A stretch of DNA of 64,000 nucleotides from an uncultured Muribaculaceae bacterium (lineage in GTDB: Bacteria > Bacteroidota > Bacteroidia > Bacteroidales > Muribaculaceae). The position numbers were made by a program, and so were the translations under genes. Of this stretch, positions 45,611 to 54,406 are shown piece after piece; within the stretch, counting starts at the first letter, position 1, and each line of letters opens with the position of its first letter. The notes under the pieces are model-generated. The model searched no databases. It was not told the origin of the DNA and saw only the letters and a program-made list of their open reading frames with translations. The stretch covers positions 14,315 through 78,314 of the forward strand of contig CAJTXU010000007.1 in NCBI GenBank assembly GCA_910584125.1, written 5' to 3'.

Positions 45611-46573
45611 ATGAGAAAAAATCTACAGCTCATTCCGACTTGCCTCTGCCTCGCGGCAGCCGGCTTCTTCTGCCCGGACGGTGCCCAGGCCCGCGAACTC
45701 GTGTTCACTGCCTCGATCGAATCGGGCGCCGTCGTTTCCGAAATCAGCGATATCGCGCTTCTCTTCCCCGGATTCGCTTATATCGACGCCAATCCCGAGA
45801 CCTGTGAGGTGACATTCGACCACCGCAGGCTGAGACCCTTCATTGACTACGAGCTCATGCTCACCGATGGCGGCGGAATGTTCGCATTCGCCTTCAATCA
45901 GCCTCTTACGGCCGAGACACCCACCGAACTGACACTGACACTTCCGGCAGGATGCGTATCTGGCATGTGGGAGGACCATACCGAAAATGTCGCCAACGAG
46001 AGCCCGGTGACGCTCTCCTACACCATCGTGCCCGCCGCCGTTCAGAACGTCCAGCTCTCGCTCACCTCCGTGACCAAGCCGAGCGACAACGGCGAACTTC
46101 CCCTCGTCTTGAACGACGTGCCACGCCTGTACAACCGCTTCTATCTGAAGGCCGACGTCCCGAGCCTGCTGGCCGCCGGGAGCGAGACTGCCGACGTGAC
46201 GCTATCGGGAACCGACGGCGCATACAGCGCCACCGCCGTCCTCAAGCAGGCATACGGCACCTCGGAAGACTCGAGCTATTTCTATTTCGACGTCGAAGAG
46301 GCACCCGACCAGGTCGGAGACTATACGCTCACGATTGCCCCAGGAACCGTGACCGACTCCATCAGATTGAGAAATCCTGAATTCGGAGCCACCAACACCC
46401 GGCAGGAAATCAGATTCAAAATCGTCGAGCGGCTCTCAGGCATCGAGCAGGTGGCGGATGATGACGCCACGATCGGAGCAAAGACCGTGTATCGTCTCGA
46501 CGGAGTCAGAATTTCGTCCGATGCCGCCCGCGGACAGATCACGGTAAGTTCCGACGGCAAGAAGCGCCTCTGA
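45611..46573 (+). CDS. Secreted Ig-like domain protein with degenerate short T9SS-type CTD
   Basis: Signal peptide; LTLTLPAGCV and YTLTIAPGTV repeats; tail SGIEQV...VYRLDGVRI...DGKK; promoter TACTTTTG at 45553-45560. Confidence 0.75.
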   Translation: MRKNLQLIPTCLCLAAAGFFCPDGAQARELVFTASIESGAVVSEISDIALLFPGFAYIDANPETCEVTFDHRRLRPFIDYELMLTDGGGMFAFAFNQPLTAETPTELTLTLPAGCVSGMWEDHTENVANESPVTLSYTIVPAAVQNVQLSLTSVTKPSDNGELPLVLNDVPRLYNRFYLKADVPSLLAAGSETADVTLSGTDGAYSATAVLKQAYGTSEDSSYFYFDVEEAPDQVGDYTLTIAPGTVTDSIRLRNPEFGATNTRQEIRFKIVERLSGIEQVADDDATIGAKTVYRLDGVRISSDAARGQITVSSDGKKRL

Positions 46574-46649
46574 CCATATGAACCGAACAACCGCCCACGG
46601 CCCGCGCCAATTATATTCGGGCTGAATTGGCGGTTAGCGAATATTTTTG

Positions 46650-46687
46650 TAATTTTGCGGTTGCAATGTTAGATTGCAACCGCAAAA
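46650..46687 (+). promoter_or_regulatory. rnpA promoter -7 element overlapped by a perfect 15-bp inverted repeat
   Basis: TAATTTTG at 46650-46657; TTTTGCGGTTGCAAT-GTTAG-ATTGCAACCGCAAAA at 46653-46687. Confidence 0.6.
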
Positions 46688-46717
46688 CGCATATTGCAAA
46701 GACACAGACCATCACCA

Positions 46718-47173
46718 ATGGAGGCTACGGAGAAGAGAAGGCTTACCCTCGGCAAAGAGGAGAAACTGCGACACAAGTCGCTGGTTGACGGCTTGTTCCG
46801 CGACGGAACAAGCCTCTACGAGTATCCGCTGCGCCTGACCTACCGCGTGCTCGGCCGCGACGAGCTCGAAGCTTCGTTCCGCGACCGCGTGCCCGACCGC
46901 ATCGGCCCCCTGCAGATGCTCATCACCGTGCCCAAGAAGAAGCTGCGCCATGCCGTTGACCGCGTGCGTATGCGCCGTCTGATCCGCGAGGCCTACCGCC
47001 TCAACCGGCTGCCTCTGCGCGACAGGGCCATAGAGTCAGGCGCCCGCACCGTGCAGATGGCTTTCATTTACCTGCACCCCGAGAAGATGGACTTCGAAAC
47101 CATCACCAAGAAAATGCGCCGCCTGCTCGCCAAAGTCGAGCGCGCCGTCGCCCACGAACCCGCCGACAGTTGA
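46718..47173 (+). CDS. rnpA: Ribonuclease P protein component
   Basis: [35 protein letters not shown] (RNR-type motif); directly upstream of yidD. Confidence 0.9.
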   Translation: MEATEKRRLTLGKEEKLRHKSLVDGLFRDGTSLYEYPLRLTYRVLGRDELEASFRDRVPDRIGPLQMLITVPKKKLRHAVDRVRMRRLIREAYRLNRLPLRDRAIESGARTVQMAFIYLHPEKMDFETITKKMRRLLAKVERAVAHEPADS

Positions 47174-47460
47174 GACACACCCCCGCCGACATATCGAAAC
47201 GTCTGCTCATCGCCCCGATCAGATTCTACCAGATGTGCATTTCGCCGATGCTGCCCGCCGCATGCCGCTACACGCCTACGTGCAGCGAATATGCCGTGGA
47301 GGCAATCCGCGTGCACGGGCCGCTGCGCGGAAGCCTGCTCGCCGCCCGGAGAATCTGCCGCTGCCACCCCTGGGGAGGCTCGGGTTATGACCCCGTGCCG
47401 CCGCGCCGCCAACCTGGGGAAGAACCGCCGAACGAACAAAACGACGCCGAGCGCGGTTAA
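47170..47460 (+). CDS. yidD: Membrane protein insertion efficiency factor
   Basis: [19 protein letters not shown] and [17 protein letters not shown]. Confidence 0.93.
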   Translation: MRHTPADISKRLLIAPIRFYQMCISPMLPAACRYTPTCSEYAVEAIRVHGPLRGSLLAARRICRCHPWGGSGYDPVPPRRQPGEEPPNEQNDAERG

Positions 47461-47505
47461 TTATGTGAAAAGGTAACGAAAAGATCTTAAAGGTAACGAA
47501 AAGGT

Positions 47506-48144
47506 ATGGATATTCTTGACATTCACACACACCACCCAGTTCCGCAACCACAAGGTGTCGAGAGCATCTGTATGCACGCCGACACCGAAGGGCTCGTGTT
47601 CATGCCCTCGCAACGCTACAGCATCGGCATCCACCCCTGGGACACCACCGCCGAAATCACCCCCGAAGAGTGGGCCCGGCTCGAAAGCCTGGCCGCAATG
47701 CCCGAGGTTGTAGCGATAGGGGAGTGCGGCATCGACCTGACTCCGCACGGCGGACCGCTCTTCCGCCAGATTCTCGTGTTCAAACGGCATGTCGAGCTCT
47801 CGGAGAGTCTGCGTAAGCCGCTCGTGATCCACGACGTCAAAGGCCACGACATCATAGCGGGCGCGCGCCGCGACCTCGCTCCGACGCAGCCCTGGGTGAT
47901 CCACGGCTTCAGACGCAAGCCCGAGGTGGCCGAGATGCTGCTCAGAGCGGGATGCTATCTGTCGTTCGGCGAACAGTTCAACGCCGACACCCTGCGGGCA
48001 ACTCCCGAAGACCGCATACTCGCCGAGACCGACGAGTCGCCGCTCGACATCACCGAGGTGATAGCCAGCCTGTCGGCTGCCTACGGCAAGGACCTGACGC
48101 CGACGATTGCCGAGAACACAATGAAAATACTAAGTAAGAAATAA
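47506..48144 (+). CDS. TatD family hydrolase
   Basis: DIHTH, GIHPW, AIGECGID, VIHGF and LAETD. Confidence 0.92.
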   Translation: MDILDIHTHHPVPQPQGVESICMHADTEGLVFMPSQRYSIGIHPWDTTAEITPEEWARLESLAAMPEVVAIGECGIDLTPHGGPLFRQILVFKRHVELSESLRKPLVIHDVKGHDIIAGARRDLAPTQPWVIHGFRRKPEVAEMLLRAGCYLSFGEQFNADTLRATPEDRILAETDESPLDITEVIASLSAAYGKDLTPTIAENTMKILSKK

Positions 48145-48148
48145 GACC

Positions 48149-48229
48149 GCTAAAACAGCTAAAACAGCTATCATAGCTCCAATAGCTACAATAGCTACAA
48201 TAGCAATAGCTAAAACAGCTACCAACAAA
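48149..48229. repeat. Degenerate 9-mer tandem array (GCTAAAACA / GCTACAATA)
   Basis: About nine units: GCTAAAACA x2, GCTATCATA, GCTCCAATA, GCTACAATA x2, truncated GCAATA, GCTAAAACA, GCTACCAAC. Confidence 0.8.
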
Positions 48230-48249
48230 GAATTTAAATCATTAAGGTT

Positions 48250-48774
48250 ATGAAAAGATATTACATCGCGGCCGCAACGGCCGTCGCCGTCATGGCTGGA
48301 AGCCTCTGCGGCTCCGCCCAGAAGACTTCGGGCATCTCAGCCGCCGAGCAGCAGGCCGCTGCCGCCGACACGACCGAGACCACGCCCGACTGGTTCGTCA
48401 ACATGGACTACTCCGGCTTCGAGTTCCAGATTCCCGCCGGAACGGTCGTCCAGAAAGGCTCGTCGTTTCTCGCGAAGTATCCCGACGGCTCTTTCGGCGT
48501 GTCGATGACCAACATCGCGAAGCCCGGCGCCAACCAGAAGATAGCCTACGAGGTGTGCCAACGTATGGCCGAGACCATGAAAATGCCCAATCCCGACGTG
48601 ATGAAGGTGAAATATGGCAAATGCGCCGGAGCCCGCGCCCAAGGCACGATCGAGGGCCAGCAGGTGACGATAGTCGTCCTACCCTATGACGGCGAGGAAG
48701 TCACCTCCGTGCTGCTCGCCACCCCCTCGCGCCAGGAGTGGGTAAACCAGTTCCTGCGCACCCTCAAACGCTGA
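48250..48774 (+). CDS. Exported protein of unknown function
   Basis: Signal peptide ending GSA-Q; DYSGFEFQIP...FLRTLK alpha/beta domain. Confidence 0.75.
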   Translation: MKRYYIAAATAVAVMAGSLCGSAQKTSGISAAEQQAAAADTTETTPDWFVNMDYSGFEFQIPAGTVVQKGSSFLAKYPDGSFGVSMTNIAKPGANQKIAYEVCQRMAETMKMPNPDVMKVKYGKCAGARAQGTIEGQQVTIVVLPYDGEEVTSVLLATPSRQEWVNQFLRTLKR

Positions 48775-48881
48775 GCGGTCTGAGGTCTCGGGGCCCGGAC
48801 TTAGATATTACCAGCCGGGGTAAACGAAAGTGAGACAAAACGGAGGGTTGTTTCGGATTTTTTTTGTAAATTTGCGCCATT

Positions 48882-49841
48882 ATGCGAAAGTTAAAGTTTT
48901 TAGCCGCAGCCATGATGGCGCTTTTGCTCTGTCAGGAGGCCCCGGCACTCACGCTCGAGCCAATCAAATATGGCGATTTCTCGCAATGGGTGACCCGCAA
49001 CCTCACCGAGTCGAAAGTCATCGGCGGCAACCACAAGACCATCTATGCCGTGGGGCCGACACGCACCATCAACGGCAACACCCCCTACACCCCGGCCGGC
49101 GGCTCCCCATGGGCCTCCAGCAACGTCTACGCCAAGGTGTCGGGCGTCGTCAAGACCTCGAACACAGTCGAGCCCGCCATGGTCAACGGCAACAAGATGG
49201 CCAAGCTGACCACCAAGATGGAACACGTCAAGGTGCTCGGCCTGCTCAACATGGACGTCATCGTGACCGGAACGATTTTCCTCGGCAAGGTCCGCGAACC
49301 GATCTCATCGACCAAGAGCCCGTATTCGAAGATGGAGATGGGCATGCCCTACACCAAGCGGCCCAAGGCGCTCGTGTTCGACTATAAGGTCGACATGCCA
49401 AACGTCAACACCCGCGTCCGCTCCACCGGATTCGGCCGCAAGAAGACCCTGCAGGGACGCGACCAGGCCGAGGTCTACGTGCTGCTGCAGAAGCGCTGGG
49501 AAGACGCCGCCGGCAACATCCACGCCCTGCGCGTCGGCACCGGCCGCGAACGCTACAACCGCAGCATTCCGCTGACGCGCCACCACCAGCTGCCCATCCA
49601 TTACGGCGACATCACAAAGACCCAATATTACAAACCCTACATGGCCCTGCTCAACGGCGACCGCGCCTATTACGCCTACAACTCCAAGGGCAAGCTCGTG
49701 CCCGTGCAGGAGGAAGGCTGGGCTCCGGCCAACGCCGTCCCGACCCATGTGCTCGTGATGGCATCGACCACTTGCGGCGAAGCCTTCGTCGGCACCGAGG
49801 GAATCACCATGTATATCGACAACGTGGCGTTCGGATTCTGA
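48882..49841 (+). CDS. Exported PCMD (putative carbohydrate metabolism domain) protein
   Basis: Signal peptide; YGDFSQW, SPWASSN, GTIFLG, GMPYTKRPKALVFDYK, PTHVLVMAS and MYIDN; promoter TAAATTTG at 48867-48874. Confidence 0.8.
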   Translation: MRKLKFLAAAMMALLLCQEAPALTLEPIKYGDFSQWVTRNLTESKVIGGNHKTIYAVGPTRTINGNTPYTPAGGSPWASSNVYAKVSGVVKTSNTVEPAMVNGNKMAKLTTKMEHVKVLGLLNMDVIVTGTIFLGKVREPISSTKSPYSKMEMGMPYTKRPKALVFDYKVDMPNVNTRVRSTGFGRKKTLQGRDQAEVYVLLQKRWEDAAGNIHALRVGTGRERYNRSIPLTRHHQLPIHYGDITKTQYYKPYMALLNGDRAYYAYNSKGKLVPVQEEGWAPANAVPTHVLVMASTTCGEAFVGTEGITMYIDNVAFGF

Positions 49842-49868
49842 CCGGTGCCGCGCAAAGACCTTACGACT

Positions 49869-50612
49869 ATGAAGATTGCATTGATAGGATATGGCAAGAT
49901 GGGCAGGATGATTGAGGCCGTCGCCCTTGAGAGGGGCGACACCGTCACCTGCCGTATAGACCGCGACAACCAGGAGGACTTCGATTCGGAGGACTTCCTT
50001 GGCTCGGACGTCGCGATAGAGTTCTCGACCCCCGCCACGGCGGTGGCCAACATCGAGCACTGCTTCGCGGCCGGGATTCCGGTGGTGTGCGGCACGACGG
50101 GCTGGACCGCTCGCCTCGATGAGATGAAACGCAAGTGCGAAGAGACGGGAGGTGCCCTGATGTGGGCCTCCAACTATTCGGTGGGGGTCAACATATTCAT
50201 GGCCCTGAACCGCTATCTGGCGCGCATCATGTCGAGTTTTCCGCAATACGCACCCTCGATAGTGGAGACCCACCACATCCATAAGCTCGACCACCCCTCG
50301 GGCACGGCCATAACGCTGGCCGAGCAGATAGAGGCGGCCGACCCGGCCGTCAAAGGCTGGAAAGAACCCGACGGCTCCGCCGAGCCGGGAATCCTCGAGA
50401 TCTCCCACCGCCGCGAGGGCGAGGTGCCCGGCATCCACACCATCACCTGGGACTCCGACGTCGACACCATATCGATGACCCACTCGGCCAAATCGCGCGC
50501 CGGATTCGCCCTCGGAGCCGTCATGGCCGCCGAATGGCTGGCCGGCCGAAAGGGCTGGCACACACCGGCCGAGATGTTCAACGACATAACGAAACAAGAC
50601 TTTTTCTCATGA
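49869..50612 (+). CDS. dapB: 4-hydroxy-tetrahydrodipicolinate reductase
   Basis: IGYGKMG, IEFSTP, GTTGW, NYSVGV, ETHHIHKLDHPSGTA and GFALGA. Confidence 0.96.
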   Translation: MKIALIGYGKMGRMIEAVALERGDTVTCRIDRDNQEDFDSEDFLGSDVAIEFSTPATAVANIEHCFAAGIPVVCGTTGWTARLDEMKRKCEETGGALMWASNYSVGVNIFMALNRYLARIMSSFPQYAPSIVETHHIHKLDHPSGTAITLAEQIEAADPAVKGWKEPDGSAEPGILEISHRREGEVPGIHTITWDSDVDTISMTHSAKSRAGFALGAVMAAEWLAGRKGWHTPAEMFNDITKQDFFS

Positions 50613-52120
50613 ATCAGGATAATCAAAACTGTGCCGCCCCGGCAGGCAAGGACAACGCCGCCCCGGCAGGCAAGGACATCCTCACGCCGGCAGGCAAGGA
50701 TTCCCGGAGCCTGCAGGGCCGCCTCCGCGCCGTCAAGGCAAGCCGATGGATCAGATTCGGACTCGTGTCGGCGATATTCTTCGCCTGGGTGGTGCTGATG
50801 GGCAACCCCTGGCTCGCGCTCATATGGCTCCTGCTCTTCGACATCTACATCACGGGCTACATCCCCTTCAACTGGTGGAAGAAGAAGAAAGGCGCCACCC
50901 GCACCGTCATGGCCTGGGTCGACGCCATCGTCTACGCATTGATACTCATCTACTTCATCTTCGCCTTCGTGGGCCAGCAGTATGAGATTCCGTCGTCGAG
51001 CCTCGAGAAGTCGCTGCTTGTAGGCGACCGCCTCTGGGTCGACAAGACTGTCTACGGAGCCCGCGTGCCCCAGACGCCGCTGCACTTCCCCCTCGCGCAG
51101 CACACGCTGCCTCTGGTCAACACCAAGAGCTACATCGAGACCCCGCAGCTCGAATACCACCGCATGCCTGGCCGCCGCCAGATCGAGCGCGGCGACATCG
51201 TGGTGTTCAACTATCCCCAGGGCGACACCGTGGCCCTGCGCATGGGCAACCGCGACTATTACCAGATTGTCGAGGAGCTCCGCGCCCAGGGCGCGCCCGA
51301 CCCCAAGGAATACATCCGCCAGAACCCGCAGATATTCGGCGAGGTGGTATGGCGCCCGGTCGACCGCCGCGAGAACTACGTGAAACGCGCCATAGGACTG
51401 CCCGGAGAGCGTCTGCGCATCAAGAACGACATCGTCTATATCAACGGCAAGCCTATAGCCGAGCCCGAGAACGTGCAATACAACTACATCGTGCCGGTCA
51501 ACGGCCCTGTGACCACCGAGAAGTGGCAGTCAATCGGCGTCCGCGTCGAAGACGCCGGACCCTCGCCGATGCGCAACGAAGCGGCCGGTTTCTCGTTCTA
51601 CGACGTGCCGCTCACGGCCGCGATGAAGGCCGAGATAGAGAAGTGGCCCGAGGTGATCGGTCCGCTGCAGCGCGAATCCGAAAGCGGCATGCTCGACCTC
51701 GGCGGCGTCTATCCGCTCGGCAACACCTACGGCTGGACACGCACCGACATGGGCGAGCTGTGGATTCCGAAGCGGGGCGTAACCCTGCGCCTCACGACAT
51801 CCAACCTGCCCCTCTACGAGCGCGCCATACGCGTCTACGAGGGCAATGACCTGCAGGTGCGCGACGGCCGCATATACATCAACGGCAAGCAGACCGACTT
51901 CTATACGTTCAAAATGGACTACTACTGGATGATGGGCGACAACCGCGACCGCAGCGCCGACTCGCGCTACTGGGGCCTCGTGCCCGAGGACCACATCGTC
52001 GGTTCGCCGGTGTTCATCATCGTCTCGCTCGACAAGGAGCGTCCTTTCGCCGACGGCAAGATCCGCTGGAACCGCACGCTCTCGAATCCGAACCCCGACA
52101 AGAAGGCGGGCAAATGGTGA
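50609..52120 (+). CDS. lepB: Signal peptidase I
   Basis: IPSSSLEKSLLVGD, RGDIVVFNYP, ENYVKRAIGLPGE and MMGDNRDRSADSRYWG; ATGA overlap with dapB. Confidence 0.95.
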   Translation: MNQDNQNCAAPAGKDNAAPAGKDILTPAGKDSRSLQGRLRAVKASRWIRFGLVSAIFFAWVVLMGNPWLALIWLLLFDIYITGYIPFNWWKKKKGATRTVMAWVDAIVYALILIYFIFAFVGQQYEIPSSSLEKSLLVGDRLWVDKTVYGARVPQTPLHFPLAQHTLPLVNTKSYIETPQLEYHRMPGRRQIERGDIVVFNYPQGDTVALRMGNRDYYQIVEELRAQGAPDPKEYIRQNPQIFGEVVWRPVDRRENYVKRAIGLPGERLRIKNDIVYINGKPIAEPENVQYNYIVPVNGPVTTEKWQSIGVRVEDAGPSPMRNEAAGFSFYDVPLTAAMKAEIEKWPEVIGPLQRESESGMLDLGGVYPLGNTYGWTRTDMGELWIPKRGVTLRLTTSNLPLYERAIRVYEGNDLQVRDGRIYINGKQTDFYTFKMDYYWMMGDNRDRSADSRYWGLVPEDHIVGSPVFIIVSLDKERPFADGKIRWNRTLSNPNPDKKAGKW

Positions 52121-52641
52121 CCCCCCTGACGGCCACACCCGCCTGGGTGCGGGCCTATATGGAGGCCGTGGCCGCAGGGACGCCCGATGCGGAGGCCGCC
52201 GCGACGGCCACCCGTCTCTTCGGGCCAAAGGGCAAGGAGTTCGCGCACTGCCGCATACGCACGCGCACGCTCACCGTGCCCGTGGCCGGCGGAGGCGCGG
52301 CCCTGAAACGCCGTGGCGCCGACCCAGTCATCTCCGAACACGGCAAGTGGCGCCGCGAGCATCTCGGAGCCTGGCTGGCCGCCTACGGCCGGACGCCATA
52401 TTACGAGCACCTGATGCCGGCGATCGCCCGCGTCTACGAATGCCCCGAAGGGACGCGCCTCGAAGACTTCAACTCGGCGATGCTGCGCGTGGCGCTCGAC
52501 TGGCTCGACCCCGCCGCCCTCGCGCCTCTCGCGCCGCGCCTTGAGGCCGTGCGCGCGGACGCGCAGGCAAAGACTGACGCCTCGCTCTCAATTTTTGACG
52601 TCATTTTCCGTTTAGGAAGAGAGGCGGTGTTCGCATTGTGA
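52114..52641 (+). CDS. WbqC-like family protein (short, divergent)
   Basis: LTVPV, WRREH...AYGRTPYYEH and SIFDVIF.LG; follows lepB. Confidence 0.75.
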   Translation: MVTPLTATPAWVRAYMEAVAAGTPDAEAAATATRLFGPKGKEFAHCRIRTRTLTVPVAGGGAALKRRGADPVISEHGKWRREHLGAWLAAYGRTPYYEHLMPAIARVYECPEGTRLEDFNSAMLRVALDWLDPAALAPLAPRLEAVRADAQAKTDASLSIFDVIFRLGREAVFAL

Positions 52642-52655
52642 CACCGGGGATTAAG

Positions 52656-53336
52656 ATGATTAGAAGAATAATAGGCAAGACAGCGACAACGATTAGGGGG
52701 GCGGCGGCATGGGCCGTATGCCTGATCGCGGCCCTCTTCGCGGCCATGAGTCCGGCGTCCGCGCAGGCGCAGGAGACAGCCGACGACGCCGAGGTGAGGC
52801 TCAAGGTGAAGGCCTACGAAGGCTACACGCGCTTCGTCGACCAGTACGGCGACACATGCCGCATGACCTACATACGCAACATCACGGTCTATCCTCCCAT
52901 GAAGTTCCGCAACAAGAAGGAGGAGCAGTTCTACTGGCGCACCGTGCGCGACGTCCGCAAGACACTGCCGTATGCTAAACTCGCCTTCTCGACGCTCTGC
53001 GAGACCTACGAGTATATCCAGACCATTCCCGACAAAAAAGAGCGCGAGAGGCACCTCAAAAGGCTTGAGAGAGACATATTCAACCAGTACAAGCCAGTGG
53101 TCAAGAAGATGACCAAGGGTCAGGGCAAGGTGATGCTCAAGCTCATCAACCGTGAGACCGACCAGACGTCATACAACATAGTCAAGGCGTTTCTGGGCAG
53201 CTTCCGGGCTGGATTCTGGCAGACGTTCGGCCGCTTCTTCGGCATGAACATGAAGGCGGGGTTCAACCCGGCCAAGAACCGCGAGGACGCGATAATCGAC
53301 CGCGTCGCGACGCTCATAGAGCAGGGCGCGCTGTGA
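52656..53336 (+). CDS. Conserved exported Bacteroidetes protein (DUF4294-like)
   Basis: VRDVRKTLPYAK, QGKVMLKLINRETDQTSY and AGFWQTFGRFFG. Start uncertain (52638 GTG or 52656 ATG). Confidence 0.75.
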   Translation: MIRRIIGKTATTIRGAAAWAVCLIAALFAAMSPASAQAQETADDAEVRLKVKAYEGYTRFVDQYGDTCRMTYIRNITVYPPMKFRNKKEEQFYWRTVRDVRKTLPYAKLAFSTLCETYEYIQTIPDKKERERHLKRLERDIFNQYKPVVKKMTKGQGKVMLKLINRETDQTSYNIVKAFLGSFRAGFWQTFGRFFGMNMKAGFNPAKNREDAIIDRVATLIEQGAL

Positions 53337-53375
53337 GGCCGATTAAACCTTAACGGCATATCTTTGTATAATAGA

Positions 53376-53559
53376 TAAGTAGCTGCGAAAAATTAAACGA
53401 TGAATATTGTTTTTAAATCTTGCACAATAAAACTTGCTCTTTTCAGCCGATTTGGTCCTGGAGCTCAGTCGCATAGCCCGCTATGCTCCCTCACTCCAGA
53501 ACCAAATCGGCTGAAAATAGCGGCGTTTTATATGTGCATTAATTTTCCGCAGCTACTTA
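53376..53559. mobile_element. MITE-like 184-bp palindromic element
   Basis: 21-bp terminal inverted repeats TAAGTAGCTGCG(A/G)AAAATTAA with one mismatch and TA at each end; internal 24-bp inverted repeat; central GCATAGC/GCTATGC hairpin; no ORF. Confidence 0.75.
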
Positions 53560-53626
53560 GGCATTCCGGCCCCTGGGCCGTATAATGCCCCTGAATCGAC
53601 AACAACCCAAATAATTTATAAACAAT

Positions 53627-54334
53627 ATGAAAATCCTGAAAGTATTGAGTGTCGCCCTGTTGTGCGGCACGATGATGGTGGGAGCGACCTCCTGCAACAT
53701 GAGCAACACGGGCAAGGGCGCCCTGATCGGCGGCGGCAGCGGCGCCGGTGTAGGCGCCGGCGTAGGCGCGCTGATCGGCGGCGGCAAGGGCGCCGGTATC
53801 GGTGCAGGTGTCGGTGCGGCTGTAGGCGCCGGTGTGGGCGCGCTGATCGGCAACCACATGGACAAGCAGAAGAAGCAGCTCGAGGAGCAGCTCAAACAGC
53901 AGGCCAAGGTCGAGGAGACCACTGACTCAACGACGGGTCTGAAGGCAATCCGCGTCACCTTCGACGGCGGCATCCTCTTCCCCACGGGCAAGTACACGCT
54001 CAACGAGCAGGCCAAGGCCGACCTGAGCCGTTTCGCCTCGAACCTCAAGGAGAACGCCAACACCAACGTGCAGATCCTCGGCTTCACCGACAACACGGGG
54101 TCGTTCGCAGTCAACGACAAGCTCTCGAACGAGCGCGCAGAGGCCGTGCTGAGCTATCTGGCCAACCAGGGCGTATCGCCCACGCGTCTTACCGCCAAGG
54201 GCATTCCTATGGCTGACTACGTTGCAAGCAACGAGACCGCGGCCGGCCGCGCCCAGAACCGCCGCGTCGAGATCTACATCACGGCCAACGAGGAGATGAT
54301 CCGCCAGGCCGAAGCCGAGGCCGCCAAGAAGTGA
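53627..54334 (+). CDS. OmpA-family lipoprotein with glycine zipper
   Basis: ATSC lipobox; GAGVGA repeats; GFTDNTG, LSNERAEAV and GRAQNRRVEI peptidoglycan-binding domain. Confidence 0.93.
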   Translation: MKILKVLSVALLCGTMMVGATSCNMSNTGKGALIGGGSGAGVGAGVGALIGGGKGAGIGAGVGAAVGAGVGALIGNHMDKQKKQLEEQLKQQAKVEETTDSTTGLKAIRVTFDGGILFPTGKYTLNEQAKADLSRFASNLKENANTNVQILGFTDNTGSFAVNDKLSNERAEAVLSYLANQGVSPTRLTAKGIPMADYVASNETAAGRAQNRRVEIYITANEEMIRQAEAEAAKK

Positions 54335-54337
54335 AGA

Positions 54338-54403
54338 CTCGGAGTCAAATATAAAAGAAGGGAAGTGACATGTCACTTCCCTTCTTTTATATTTGACTCC
54401 GAG
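54338..54403. terminator. Perfect 66-bp palindrome, probable bidirectional terminator
   Basis: CTCGGAGTCAAATATAAAAGAAGGGAAGTGACA is followed immediately by its exact reverse complement, filling the gap between convergent genes. Confidence 0.7.
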
Positions 54404-54406
54404 AGG

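Noticed and set aside
53400..53585. 61-aa ORF inside the palindromic element
   Set aside because: No transposase or other motif; an incidental frame within the MITE-like sequence.
53710..53850. GGCGCCGGT-type repeats in the ompA-family gene
   Set aside because: Explained by the normal glycine-zipper protein motif.
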